Numbered from the stretch's first letter, positions 41,201 through 51,949 are shown. The stretch is DNA of 64,000 bases from Octopus sinensis (GCF_006345805.1 NC_043000.1:24056001-24120000); one strand, 5' to 3'. A program made the numbers and translations. Notes: a model not told the origin generated them from the sequence alone.

Positions 41201-43548
41201 TTATATCTTAGTGAATTTTATATCATCCCACTGAGGTTTGATACAATACCAGTCAAATGCCGTTGTTGTTAAGCAACAAGACGGGTAAGGGTGATTAGGT
41301 GATGGTCTAGGGCTTAGGGGTGGGAGACCCCAGACCTTGGAAAAAAAAAAAAAACTTTGGCCGTCTTGTTGTAGTTGAGGGCTCTTCGTTGACGCCCGAC
41401 ACCACTGGGTGGTGGCCCTCGAAGTCGCTGGAAATGGAGATCTCCAGGTCCAAATTCTTGAACGGCCCAGTCAAATGCTGGAGTTAATGGTACTGACTAC
41501 TCCACCCAAAACTGCTGGCCTTATGCCTAAACTGGAAACTATTTTCAAGTAGATAGCATTAATGGTGATTTAAAACAAAGACACGTAATGCTGTTCTTTT
41601 GGGTATTGTTTACTATTTCCTAGTTAACAGGACACCTCCCTTTCATATTAAGATCTACCAGAGACCTGTAATGTATATCCTACAAGGTGTTGGGGTTTCC
41701 AGTGGATGAAGTCTGCAACTGGAAGAGAAAGAGAATTGTTTATCCCAGGTCAACCATGAATGAGCAGGCCCATTCTATTTTCAGTGACGATCTCATCTTA
41801 ATTTAAGACGTTCCATAGCGAGAACTGCGTTATCCAATGCACCCTTCCTTCCTTTTTAAGACAAGAGTAACAATAATAAAATACATTTAGTTGTTATTTC
41901 TACCATATCAAGTGCTCCTTTGTTGGCTGGTAATAAACGGAGTCGGAATATGTAAACAGGATGACGATAAACCCCAAACAACACCGATATAAAATAGGAA
42001 CATCTTTGGAGTATGCCGGAGTTCATGAAACATACAAAAAGCTCCAACTCTATAAATCCCTGCAGAATGGCAATAGAAATTACTGATAAAATGATTGAGA
42101 TTAGTAAATCTGAAAGACGGGAAATTCAGACAATATAAAATTCAACTAAGTTCTCTGGGGCAAATGAGTGTGACAAGTAAAATTATTACATAACATGCAT
42201 ACATGATTGCGTGCGAGGTTACAAGTGTTTACGTAATTATCAGAACGGCGGCATTTACAAACACTTAGGCAACTTTGGACACATTTTAGGTGGGGAAAAT
42301 CGGTAGACAGAGGGAATCAGCGTGCTTAGTTCTCTTGAAGCTATGCATAATTAAGGACGATGTTTTTTTTTAAAACTAGTTATATGAAATATATTAGAAG
42401 CTACTGTAAAATTTACATTTTATGAAGTTTAAAATATCAGATCAATATCGGTTACGATGAGATTGTTACAAAGTTCATTAATTTCACCATACTTTGAAAA
42501 TATGTGTAGACAACAGCAAAACAATGACTTGTAGTCGATTATATATAAACAAACACGACTCGATTGCTAAGTATTTTTTATCGGTATTTACCTTTTTAGC
42601 TCCCTAAATATAGTTTTAAACCTTGGCTGAACATGTATGACAAAGAACACACACACATATATATATTATGTAATATAAATAATATACGCATGGTTGCATA
42701 AATTATTTTTTGGAACATTGTATCTCGAAGCATATCACATAAAGCTGTAAATAACAGCAAGTAAATATTGTGTTGAAAAATACCTTTTGGATAGAAATCG
42801 AAGGCTGTCCAACTTTTTCTATCCAAAAAGGGTTTTTCAACAATATTTACATGCTATTATTTATAGTTTTGTGCGATGCGCTTCGAGATCCAGTGTTCAA
42901 AAAACGAATTATGTATAATTCTTAATATCTCTGAATGTACTGCATTGTGTGTAAGCAGAATACTTGGGTAAATACTGAAGGATTGAAATGTCAAGTTGTG
43001 GAGTCGGTTTGGGGTAAACAATGAGAAACCGGAAGTTATAATTTCACAAAAGACATTTGGATCCCAATGTAAAGGAATTTAGTTGTAACTCTTAATTACT
43101 TCGAGACTTTTGAAAAATTATATAAAAACAAAAGTACTGATTAAAATTAATCGGTGACAAAGAATTACAAAAAAATACAACAAAAAAAAAACAAATGCAA
43201 AAAAAAAAAATTATCAATTCTGCGTCAACCTTAAAAATAACTGCGTTAATCAGATCACTGATATTGCAGAAATTGTATCAAATGAAAATTATAAATACTT
43301 TCCATCGACTTTCCCCAACAAAACACTTTCACATGTGCGCAAGTTAAAAACACGTGATGGACCCAAGCGGCATCAACAGTGAAATAGAAATACATGTCAG
43401 AGCTATCATTGCTTTTAAAATTCTTCAATAAAATAATAAATACTAACCTCGTGAGTATAGGAACGGGGTTCATATTGCTCTCTTTTGAGGTGCGATTCCA
43501 TTCTTCCAAAATTCCGTTTAGCGTAGATAAGGAGTCAAGTGTAGCCAT
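1247..43548 (-). CDS. DCAF1: DDB1- and CUL4-associated factor 1 (VprBP), 27 coding exons in window, 3' part (rest of WD40 and acidic tail) beyond the left edge
   Basis: Exons join in frame with GT-AG boundaries: 43448-43548, 31303-31379, 30472-30545, 29721-29837, 29217-29354, 26520-26961, 25210-25340, 24859-24960, 23290-23448, 22067-22107, 21310-21448, 19673-19882, 19005-19174, 17583-17702, 16451-16553, 14735-14854, 13578-13649, 11943-12024, 11333-11472, 9759-9840, 8291-8409, 7255-7431, 6089-6285, 4986-5061, 3836-3897, 2769-2832, 1247-1318. Peptides recognisably match vertebrate DCAF1 ([59 protein letters not shown]). Confidence 0.97.
1343..1684 (+). mobile_element. Helentron/HINE-like non-autonomous element
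   Basis: 5' CACTCAGAGAGCG..ACCTCTGCC and 3' hairpin ACCTCTGCCTTCGCTAAGGTGGAGGT; related ends at ~8492 and ~9690. Confidence 0.5.
1766..2560 (+). mobile_element. RTE-clade LINE fossil (RT C-terminal half)
   Basis: IADDTVL...[10 protein letters not shown]...VEKFMYF...[11 protein letters not shown], with stops; (GAT)n tail. Confidence 0.8.
2769..2832 (-). CDS. DCAF1: DCAF1 exon 26
   Basis: [21 protein letters not shown]. Confidence 0.93.
3836..3897 (-). CDS. DCAF1: DCAF1 exon 25
   Basis: [20 protein letters not shown](R). Confidence 0.92.
4465..4922 (+). mobile_element. SINE-like family C (internal ~60-bp GTGCC..GGCAC repeats, GGAAGGGCATCCAGCTGTAG motif, (GAT)n tail); representative copy
   Basis: Other copies at ~10115(+), 12650(+), 14960(-), 16788(-), 23910(+), 32960(+), 37480(-), 39443(-), 59856, 61482(-), 62700(+). 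Confidence 0.85.
4986..5061 (-). CDS. DCAF1: DCAF1 exon 24
   Basis: [25 protein letters not shown]. Confidence 0.92.
6089..6285 (-). CDS. DCAF1: DCAF1 exon 23
   Basis: ...[31 protein letters not shown]. Confidence 0.95.
7255..7431 (-). CDS. DCAF1: DCAF1 exon 22 (Ser/Pro-rich linker)
   Basis: [15 protein letters not shown]...[10 protein letters not shown]...TPTIK; phase 0-0, CAG/GTAAGA flanks. Confidence 0.85.
8291..8409 (-). CDS. DCAF1: DCAF1 exon 21 (end of LisH motif)
   Basis: [40 protein letters not shown]. Confidence 0.9.
9060..9290 (-). mobile_element. CR1/L2-like LINE 3' fragment
   Basis: [12 protein letters not shown]...[16 protein letters not shown], typical ORF2 C-terminus. Confidence 0.55.
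9759..9840 (-). CDS. DCAF1: DCAF1 exon 20 (start of LisH motif)
   Basis: [27 protein letters not shown]. Confidence 0.94.
11333..11472 (-). CDS. DCAF1: DCAF1 exon 19
   Basis: [47 protein letters not shown]. Confidence 0.95.
11943..12024 (-). CDS. DCAF1: DCAF1 exon 18
   Basis: [27 protein letters not shown]. Confidence 0.95.
13578..13649 (-). CDS. DCAF1: DCAF1 exon 17
   Basis: [24 protein letters not shown]. Confidence 0.94.
14735..14854 (-). CDS. DCAF1: DCAF1 exon 16
   Basis: [40 protein letters not shown]. Confidence 0.93.
15681..16025 (+). mobile_element. tRNA-derived SINE, young, with 10-bp TSD
   Basis: A box TGGCTCAGTGG, B box GTTCGAATCC, (CAA)-like tail; ACAATGATTC duplicated at 15671-15680 and 16026-16035. 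Confidence 0.88.
16451..16553 (-). CDS. DCAF1: DCAF1 exon 15
   Basis: [34 protein letters not shown]. Confidence 0.94.
17583..17702 (-). CDS. DCAF1: DCAF1 exon 14
   Basis: [39 protein letters not shown]. Confidence 0.9.
19005..19174 (-). CDS. DCAF1: DCAF1 exon 13
   Basis: [56 protein letters not shown]. Confidence 0.93.
19562..19651 (+). mobile_element. Helitron 3' terminal fragment
   Basis: CCTGAGCAACGCCGGGCGATACTGCTAG|T, the same terminus as the 27765 element. Confidence 0.7.
19673..19882 (-). CDS. DCAF1: DCAF1 exon 12
   Basis: [10 protein letters not shown]...[10 protein letters not shown]...TEMPANK. Confidence 0.93.
20270..21180 (-). mobile_element. Degraded LINE RT fragment interrupted by a MITE
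   Basis: [18 protein letters not shown]...YFCADDN, a decayed GVPQG...LYINDL...FADD. Confidence 0.6.
20733..20953. mobile_element. piggyBac-type MITE
   Basis: TTAA on both flanks (20729-20732, 20954-20957); imperfect TIRs CCCTTTCATTAC / GTAACAAAAGGG. Confidence 0.8.
21310..21448 (-). CDS. DCAF1: DCAF1 exon 11
   Basis: [46 protein letters not shown]. Confidence 0.95.
22067..22107 (-). CDS. DCAF1: DCAF1 exon 10
   Basis: [13 protein letters not shown], 41 nt, AG/GTAAGT flanks. Confidence 0.9.
23290..23448 (-). CDS. DCAF1: DCAF1 exon 9
   Basis: [53 protein letters not shown]. Confidence 0.95.
24859..24960 (-). CDS. DCAF1: DCAF1 exon 8
   Basis: [34 protein letters not shown]. Confidence 0.94.
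25210..25340 (-). CDS. DCAF1: DCAF1 exon 7
   Basis: [44 protein letters not shown]. Confidence 0.93.
26520..26961 (-). CDS. DCAF1: DCAF1 exon 6 (Ser/Lys-rich, low complexity)
   Basis: [16 protein letters not shown]...FCPQKE; 442-nt open exon, AG/GTAAGT flanks, phase fits both neighbours. Confidence 0.88.
27765..28916 (-). mobile_element. Non-autonomous Helitron, full length (1152 bp)
   Basis: On the minus strand it starts TC(TCTTATTATAAAAGG) and ends CCCGAGCAACGCCGGG hairpin + CGATACTGCTAG; inserted between A and T with no TSD. Confidence 0.88.
29217..29354 (-). CDS. DCAF1: DCAF1 exon 5
   Basis: [46 protein letters not shown]. Confidence 0.94.
29721..29837 (-). CDS. DCAF1: DCAF1 exon 4
   Basis: [39 protein letters not shown]. 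Confidence 0.94.
30472..30545 (-). CDS. DCAF1: DCAF1 exon 3
   Basis: [29 protein letters not shown] flanks. Confidence 0.93.
31303..31379 (-). CDS. DCAF1: DCAF1 exon 2
   Basis: [29 protein letters not shown] flanks, phase-consistent. Confidence 0.95.
33623..34159. mobile_element. piggyBac-type MITE carrying a nested fold-back insertion
   Basis: TTAA-CCCTTTACATT ... ATGCTGAAGG-TTAA. Confidence 0.6.
33652..33969. repeat. Fold-back (palindromic) insertion with 13-bp target-site duplication
   Basis: TACTCTATCAAAT at 33639-33651 and 33970-33982; arms 33707-33847 and 33867-33971 are inverted copies. Confidence 0.85.
35476..36605 (+). mobile_element. Mariner transposon fossil
   Basis: [27 protein letters not shown] and [16 protein letters not shown] motifs; TIR core AAAAATTCCTGGACTA / TAGTCCAGGAACTTTTT. 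Confidence 0.88.
41259..41466. mobile_element. Unclassified ~205-bp structured element with target-site duplication
   Basis: CCAGTCAAAT(GC) duplicated on both sides; GCCGTT/AACGGC termini; inverted second copy at 57043-57224. Confidence 0.75.
42694..42916. repeat. Long imperfect inverted repeat in DCAF1 intron 1
   Basis: ~100-bp arms around TGGATAGAAA...TTTCTATCCA. Confidence 0.8.
43448..43548 (-). CDS. DCAF1: DCAF1 coding exon 1 (start codon)
   Basis: [33 protein letters not shown](R); donor GTTAGT; an AG acceptor lies 12 nt upstream of the ATG. Confidence 0.9.
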
Positions 43549-44029
43549 TTGTTGACAATGCTAAGAAACAGCTGCTTCTGTAGCTGTTTCTTGTAAAATA
43601 TTTGGTTTCCTCTTGTTTAGAATTATTTGGGAAAGTTATATGGTATTGTTTACATTGGTGAGATAGAAAAATGAAAGGAAGGAAGCTGTTAGCAAAGCGA
43701 ACAACTTTCAGTCATTTTGGTGAAAAGAGAAAAATGGAAAACTGAGAAAAGTACAAGTGACACTCAGTGAACCAAATTCGTAATTAACACACACACGCAC
43801 ACAGAAGTGGGTCTACAGTTTTAAATATACCGTTTCGAATCGTTGTAAAATACAGCAATTTCACTAAATACTAAAGAGAATTCTTTTCAGCTCTTTACTA
43901 TTCTAAAATTAAAGAAAAGTGGAAGGGAAAAAAGTTGGGTTTTGTACAAATAATTAATAAACGAGAGAAGCAAGCAATGCCACGCTTTTCAAAGAAACCA
44001 GTTTTCTTCTAAACAAACAATAAACAGAT

Positions 44030-44600
44030 GTCGTAGGAATGAGGTAGATTCGTCGAAGTAATGAATTTCAAAACGTATTGTTTCTATGGTGCCAAGATTC
44101 ACCTCCTACAATTGTCTGGGAACGGTAATTATCTTTAAGAAAGCTTTAAAAATCCTACATTAAAACACAACTACCAAAGGAGTCTAACACGAATACAAAG
44201 CTGCTGCTAGCATTAACAGTGGTGCAGCTCGACTTCCGGTTTAACCTATTCCGAATGTATTCTTTTATTACAGGAATAAAAAACGACCGCAGAACGATCT
44301 ATTTATAATCGAATGGTTGTCACGTAAATTTCTCGAATACCCCAAAATTTATCAAAATTAAACATCTTAATTAATATTTTTATAATTGGCTATGTTAAAT
44401 TAAGAATATTCAAAGATTTTAATTTTAATCCGAGACAAAGTATGATCGTTGTATCCGATTCTTTTTACTCGCATAGCTAAGTTTGTAAGGAATAGATACA
44501 AACGCCAGTATTCTATTATTCGTATATTCCAGAATACCATTAACGAATAAGCCGCTAGATCTTCCGACACATGCTGGTTGATATATATATTATGTACAGA
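44030..44600 (-). promoter_or_regulatory. Putative DCAF1 promoter and non-coding first exon
   Basis: CpG-richer than its surroundings; ETS/GABP-type ACCGGAAGT on the minus strand at ~44232-44240; candidate donor GAG|GTGAAT at 44103/44102 that could splice to the acceptor at 43561-43562. Confidence 0.45.
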
Positions 44601-47398
44601 TTACATATATTTATATATATAGCTTTTTGTGTATGTAATTTCATTGAAATAATCTAGGATAAATTGAAGTATTTTGCCAAAAACTATTTTAGTTTTTTTA
44701 TATTGTTATTTTATATTCCATATCTCATTATTATGGTATTTTCTCGGGAATTAGAGAGTATATGGAGCCGTATTTTATAAATTATGGCCGTTTGAAGTGG
44801 TGCAACAACTATAAAGTTCGACATTCACCACGTGGGTTCCTTAAAATTTGTCGGCAACATGCTTTATTCGTTATGTAATATAGACTGTGGTAGCTTAAAA
44901 ATAAAAGATACAATCAAACATTTTGCTGTTTTGGAATAATATTTATCGCATGTCGGAATATATAAGTACACATATATATATATATATTTATGTATATACA
45001 CGCAAAGACGCGTGTGCGTATTCAATAAAATAGATTGCCTCAAGTCTGCATTAAATATTAAAAAACAAAAAAAAAAATCTGCGTTTTAGTGACGTTTTAA
45101 AACTTTGATGTGCGTAACTACAACAATTTCAGAATAATCCAATTTATATTATATTTATAATACCCAAATAAATTTGTTAATTTTTGAGTTCTAAAATTGA
45201 AAAAATAACCATCGTCATGACAAAACAAAAACAAACAAAAAAAAGACAAGGCAACGTTTTCGTTCTAATGTGTATTTTTCTCGTAATTATTATACATACT
45301 TTAATTGATATGGTTAAAATGATCACATAGCTCAAAAATTCCCGTTCTACGATTACCTAAATTTCGACTGAAAACCTCTTCAATTAAAAAAAAAAATGTT
45401 TTTTGAAGAGATTGTTTTCCTTTTGTTTTTGGAGCATGGGTTGGCCAGTTGCGTCTATTTGGATGATCGTCCAAATTAATGAATCCTTTTTCTGAACCGC
45501 TCAACTATATATATAAACGAGTAGTTGGTTTCTTCCGTCAGGTTAACTGAGGAACCAGAAATTTACTTCAGTTAAGCTTTGCAGATAAGCAAATTTACAT
45601 CCATTTATCTATGCTCGCTGGAAAGTATGGTGTATTTAGTGTTTTTACGTGACACCCGTTCCTTACACTTAACTACTGTTTTTGTCAGTCAGGTAAACTG
45701 GAGCAAGCAGAGTTATCTACCTTACTCAAGAGCACAACGTTTGTATTAACAGTAAAGCTTAACATTATGACCAATTCTTGGTCAATGTTACACAATATTA
45801 TATAATATTATATAGTGTAGTATTAACCATGTTCTCAACACAAAATGGCATATAATTCAATAGAATATTGACTTGATGCAGAAAGGAAAGAAAAGACAAA
45901 AGTTGTCTATAACTAGTTAAATATTAGATTTATAGGTCTTAGTTTGAGCTTTTCTCCTGAACATTCTGGAAAAATATACATAAAAAGAAAACTAAAATAT
46001 AATAGTTTAGCAAAGTAAGTTAGACGAATAAAGTGACAAATTTAATAGTTTATATATATATATATAAAATTAAATTTGTCTATAAAAATATATATATATG
46101 CAATTTTAACTTATGGATACCTTTTAAACATTAAGTATTATGAGTATAACAAGCTCTTTTCATTAAGGTCACCAAATTTTAGAATTAAAAAAAAATTTTA
46201 ATGATAATTTTAAGGTTACTAATTTCCTCAAGGTATCTTAAGTATATCGTTCCATTCTATTTTCAGTTGATATCAAATAGTCTGAGTTAAGGCTCCATGT
46301 GATGTAAAAGGAATTTTTTGCATCTTAAAAATTGCTTGCATGTCACTTGAACAGATTATTATAAAATGTGAAATACCATTTTAGACCCTGGGAACATGTG
46401 AAAGGCAATCTCTGATTGTGGAGGGAACATGTGGAAGGGATAGACCTAGTAAGATGTAGGTCAAAGTGGTGAGAAAGGATCTTCAGATATTAGGCCTTAC
46501 AGAGGGTCAAGACTCCTGACAGTTTGCTGTCAAGCTAAGTAAAATTGTGGTTGTCCTTGCAAACAGGTATGTTCCCTGCATCCCTTTTCAGTTGAGCATT
46601 CCTAAACTTGTGGGCTCATGGGTGCTGGTGTCACATAAAAGTAGTCATATCAGTACCACATAAAAGTACCCATGCTGGTGCTGTGAGGAGGGCATTCCAG
46701 CCATAGGAACCATGCCAAAACAGACATGGAGCCCAAGCAGCTCCTCAGCTTGGCTCCTGTCAAACCATCCAACCCATGCCAGCGTGGAAAGCAGACATTA
46801 AATGATGATGATGAGGATAATGATGACGATGATGAAATAGCATACAAATGGTTCCTGGATAAATTCTTCCAACAACTTCCAAATAAAACCACCTACACCT
46901 CGATATATCTCTACAAGCAAAAGCTCTTTAATCAAATAGGTTATAGTGCCCAAACATAGGCGCAGAAGTGGCTGTGTGGTAAGTAGCTTGCTTACCAACC
47001 ACATGGTTCTGGGTTCAGTCCCACTGCGTGGCACCTTTGGCAAGTGTCTTCTACTATAGCCTCAGGCCGACCAAAGCCTTGTGAGTGGATTTGGTAGACG
47101 GAAACTGAAAGAAGCCCATTAAATATATGGAGCTTGATGCAGTCTTTCAGCTCATTGGATTCAGTCAGATTTACTCTCTTACTTGTTTCAGTCATTTGAC
47201 TGTAGCCATGCTGGAGCACCGCCTTTAGTCGAGCAAATCAACCCCAGGACTTATTCTTTGTAAGCCTAGTACTTATTCTATTGGTCTCTTTTGCTGAACC
47301 ACTAAATTATGGGGACGTAAACAAACCAGCATCGGTTGTCAAACAATGTTGGGTGACAAACACAGACACACAAACACACACACACACACACACACACA

Positions 47399-47434
<36 letters not shown>

Positions 47435-48055
47435 GACGGGTTTCTTTCAGTTTCCGTTTACCAAATCCACTCACAAGGCTTTGGTCGGCCCAAGGCTTTA
47501 GTAGAAGATACTTGCCAAAGGTGCCACGCAGTGGGACTGAACCCAGAACCATGTGGTTGGTAAACAAGCTACTTACCACACAGCCATTCTTACGCCTCTA
47601 AAATCTGAAAATAGCAGAAGACATATCAGATTTGGAAGACAAATGTCAAATGACAATGACAGACTTATGTATGTGTGTGTATGCACATGTGTATTTGTAT
47701 CTCTTTTCTTGACATAGCGTGAGAGTTGTAAATGAGCACCCCTTTCGTACAAGCAGTGCTTTGTTTCAAATCTTCCTTGAAAACATGTTCAACTGTAGGA
47801 AAATTTTACCATGCATGGAAACAGATGAAAGTTGGTGACAGTAAAAGCATCTGACTGTGTCAACAAATTTCACTGCAAACAAGGAAGAAAAGTTGATATT
47901 AAAAATGATGATAATAATGATTGTGGAAATATATATTTTTCTTCATTATTTTCACTGTAAGAGCAGAGCAGAAGGTATTTTGCTTAAAGATACACTTAAG
48001 GCACAGCTAGGTAAGTTCCGGTATGCCAATCTCGTCAATAGAACCATCCTATTAA

Positions 48056-48472
48056 AGGCGGCGAACTGGCAGAAACATTAGTGCAATGGGCGAAATGCTT
48101 AGCGGTATTTCGTCTGCCGTTACGTTCTCAGTTCAAATTCCGCCAAGGTCAACTTTGCCTTTCATACTTTTAGGGTCGATAAATTAAGTACCAGTTACGC
48201 ACTGGGGTCGATATAATCGACTTAATCTATTTGTCTGTCCTTGTTTGTCCTCTCTGTATTTAGCCCCTTGTGGGTAGTAAAGAAATAGGTATTTCGTCTG
48301 CCGCTACGTTCTGAGTTCAAATTTCGCTGAAGTCGATTTTGCCTTTCATCCTTTAGGGGTCGATAAATTAAGTACCAGTTACACACTGGGGTCGATGTAA
48401 TCGACTTAATCCCTATGCCTGTCCTTGTTTGTCCCCTCTATGTTTAGCCCCTTGTGGGCAATAGAGAAATAA
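48056..48472 (+). mobile_element. SINE family B (MetaSINE-like core GCCTTTCATCCTTTCGGGGTCGATAAA); dimeric copy
   Basis: Other copies on the minus strand at ~7575, 12165, 14295, 23570, 27495, 31745-32178. Confidence 0.8.
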
Positions 48473-48489
48473 GGACCATCCTATCAGCA

Positions 48490-48860
48490 TTGTTATATAC
48501 AAGTGAGATGTTGGCCACTATGAAAAATGAAGAACAGTGAATGGCTACGACACAGAAGGCTATGGAATGCTCCATGCTCAGAATATAACTGCAGGAGAAT
48601 ATCCAAAATGTGGTACTTTAATAATGCAGTGGAATGAATGTAATGATTGCAGGGTATTAAAAGCACAAGCTCAATTGGGGTGGACATAAGTATCAAGGTT
48701 CACTGACACCATGCGTACTCCTGTAGTCATTGAGTGGTGTCCAAAAGATTAGAAGAGACCACACAAAAGACCTCCAAGATGATGGTAAGAAGTTATAGTC
48801 AAACAATTTGAGCCCAAGATGCAATGAAGGGAAGAATGGACGTGTATATTGGCATCTGAT
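48490..48860 (+). mobile_element. RTE LINE 3' fossil
   Basis: Decayed WGGH...EWCPKD*KRP..RPPRW motifs. Confidence 0.55.
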
Positions 48861-49682
48861 GGTTGATTAATAATATTAAGATTTTTCAATACGGAATTTT
48901 GTGATAATTTTAATAGGCTCTTTGGTTCTATAAGTATTTTTGCTTTCAATATCTTCAGGATGCAGTGACAGTTTTTTTTTTCTTTCATTTACTAACATAT
49001 ATAGTACTCATCAATTGACAGAATGAGCCAAGAAGGCAACCTCTATATTGTTTGACCTGCTAGAAATAGCAGCCAAAACAACCTCTAGTTTTTAATTAGG
49101 ACATATTAGAGACTATGTTAAAAAAAACCCAGTTCAGTTACACCTGGAATGCCTTTCATATTAGGCTTCCTTGATCTAGTTGCATTGGGTTGTTTTGACC
49201 TTCTAAAAATAGCTATCAAATTTCCTTCAAACAGAGGAAGACCTATCAGATTGTGTGACACAAACAGCAAAATAGAATTCAAAACAGAAGTATATATATA
49301 TATATTAGGAAGGGCATCTAGCTGTAAAAATCGTACCGAAACAGTGAAGTGTAGTGCAGTCTTCAGTTTAGTCAGCCCCTGTCAAACCATATAACCTATG
49401 TCAACATGGAAAACACAGACGTTAAATGATGATGATGATGATAATGATGAGGATATATATACACATATATCTTTTATCTTTTACTCGTTTCAGTCATTTG
49501 TCTGTGGCCATGCTTGGGCACCACATTGAAGGGCTTTTAGTTGCACAAATCAATCCCATGACTTATTTTTTGAAGCCTGTTACTTATTGCATCGGTCTCT
49601 TTTGCTAAAGCACTAAGTTATGTAAACAAATCAATACTGGCTGCCAGCGATGGTGGGAGACACAAGGACACACACACACAAA

Positions 49683-49718
<36 letters not shown>

Positions 49719-50450
49719 AACACACATATATACGACAGGCTTCTTTCAGTTTCCATCTACCAAATCCACTCACATGGGTTTGGTTGGCCTGAGGTTATAG
49801 TAGAATACACTTGTTGAAGGTGCCATGCAGTGGGACTGAACCTGGAACCATGTGGTTGGGAAGCAAGCTTCTTACCACACAACCACACCTATATTCTTAT
49901 TTAATTAGCAGAAGTTATAAAGACACTCAAAGGCTGAGAATTTTATGTTGTATGCGATGCATTATTTAAAAAAAAAAAAAAAAGAAAACAATTAGCACAA
50001 TCATTGTTTGAATACTTTTGATCATAAATTTTCATTATTAAGAGAGTTGACACAAATTAAAATATTATACTGCAAAATATTGTATTCTCATGTAATCCTG
50101 AAGTTTTACATTTTAATAATAGAAGCAAAAAGGACGTTGAACTTTTTGTGTTAGTTTACAGTACATATGCAATGAGAAGTGTTGCTAAGCAGTTACATGC
50201 ATACTGAAAGCAGGTCAAGGACTAGGTTTTCGAAAAACTAACTGATGCGTTTCAGTGTATGAGATAATTCAGTCTTTGTATATTTGAAGCAGAAGAAATA
50301 TCTAATGAAATAAGAATAATGAAAGCCATTACACCTTGAGTTTGATGTATGCTGTGTCAGAAACAAGAAACAACATTTGTAAGTGAGTTAGAAACTAGTT
50401 TCCACACAGCCTTGTGAGTGGATTTGGTAGACAGAAACTGAAAGGAGCCC

Positions 50451-50452
<2 letters not shown>

Positions 50453-50525
<73 letters not shown>

Positions 50526-50569
50526 ATGTATGTATGTATGTATGTATGTATGTATGCATGCATGCATGC

Positions 50570-50602
<33 letters not shown>
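50453..50602. repeat. Compound (TG)n(TATG)n(CATG)n(TA)n microsatellite
   Basis: Directly visible. Confidence 0.95.
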
Positions 50603-50605
<3 letters not shown>

Positions 50606-50820
50606 TATGTTTATATTTATATCTATTTATATTTATTTATTTATACCCTCTTATAATGATTGTACTTTTTGTATTGTATTACTCATTCATGTACGCTGTT
50701 TTGTTATATATTTTTATGTTTAACCCTAATGTTCTTATGTAGTGGTTTAATAAAGTATATCATTGGGTATTATCTGGTAGTTGATAAATGATTTAGATGT
50801 ATTTCTCCATTTTCTTATTT

Positions 50821-50878
<58 letters not shown>

Positions 50879-51949
50879 CATATATATATATATACATGTA
50901 TATATATACAGCTGGATGCTCTTTGAAATGCCAACCACTACAGTGTGGACTGGGTTCTTTTTAAGTGGCACCTGCACTAGCAGGGTCACCAAATAACTTT
51001 GCAAGATAAAGAATCTTTGAGAGGAGGGGCATTGTAGGAGGTGATCTTGTGTCAGATGATGAAAGATTAGAGTGTGACAGAGAGATAGAAACAAATGCCT
51101 TGCTGTAGAGGAGGTACATAAATATCCAGCTAGAGAGGGGGGGCGGAGAAGAAGAGAGGGAGGGAGAGTGAGAGAGGTGGGGAGAAGGGGAGGAAGGAAG
51201 AGGGAAGGAGAGAGAGAGAGGGAGTGGGAGACTGCAAGAGCAGAAGAGGGATGGCAGCATGCGTCAGGGTATACTCGCAAGAAACGGAGATCATGGCACC
51301 ACCACAGGTGCTTCTACAAGGCACTGGTACAAGTGCTTTTATGGGCACCAGCATCCATGGGCCACCAAGTCAAGGACCTCTTGGTTGAGACAGGGAGTGA
51401 GGTGCATGGCCATAAAGGACATGCCTGTAAGTATGGGTGGCCACAATTTTCCTTGGTTTGATGTATCTTATCAAGGACAGCAAACCACCAGAAAAAGGCT
51501 CAGGTATGGTTGTGTTTTAAGGAGCTTGCTTCCCAATCAGGTGGTCCTGGGTTCAATACCATTGTGTGGCATTTTGTGCATATGACTTCTATTACAGCCC
51601 CAGACTCCAAAGCCTTGTGATTGGATTTGGTACTTGAAAATGAAAACAAGTCCACCATATACAAATATATGTGTGTGTCTCTGGCTTCGTGTTTGTCCTC
51701 CACCACTACCACTATCACCAAAACCACCACCACCACCACCACTTGGCAACTGGTGTTGGTTTCTTTATGTCCCCATAACTTAGTGGTTCAGCAAAAAGGC
51801 CAATGGAATAAGTACCAGATTCAAAAAAATAAAAAAGTACTTGTGTTGTTCAAGTAAACCCTTCGAGGTAGTGCCCCAGCATGGCCACAGTCTATTGACA
51901 GAAACAAGTAAAAGATAAAAGATAAATTTTAGTGCCATGAGCAGAAAAA

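Noticed and set aside
50357-51585. Cluster of overlapping ORFs up to 177 aa
   Set aside because: They are translations of microsatellites, GA tracts and SINEs.
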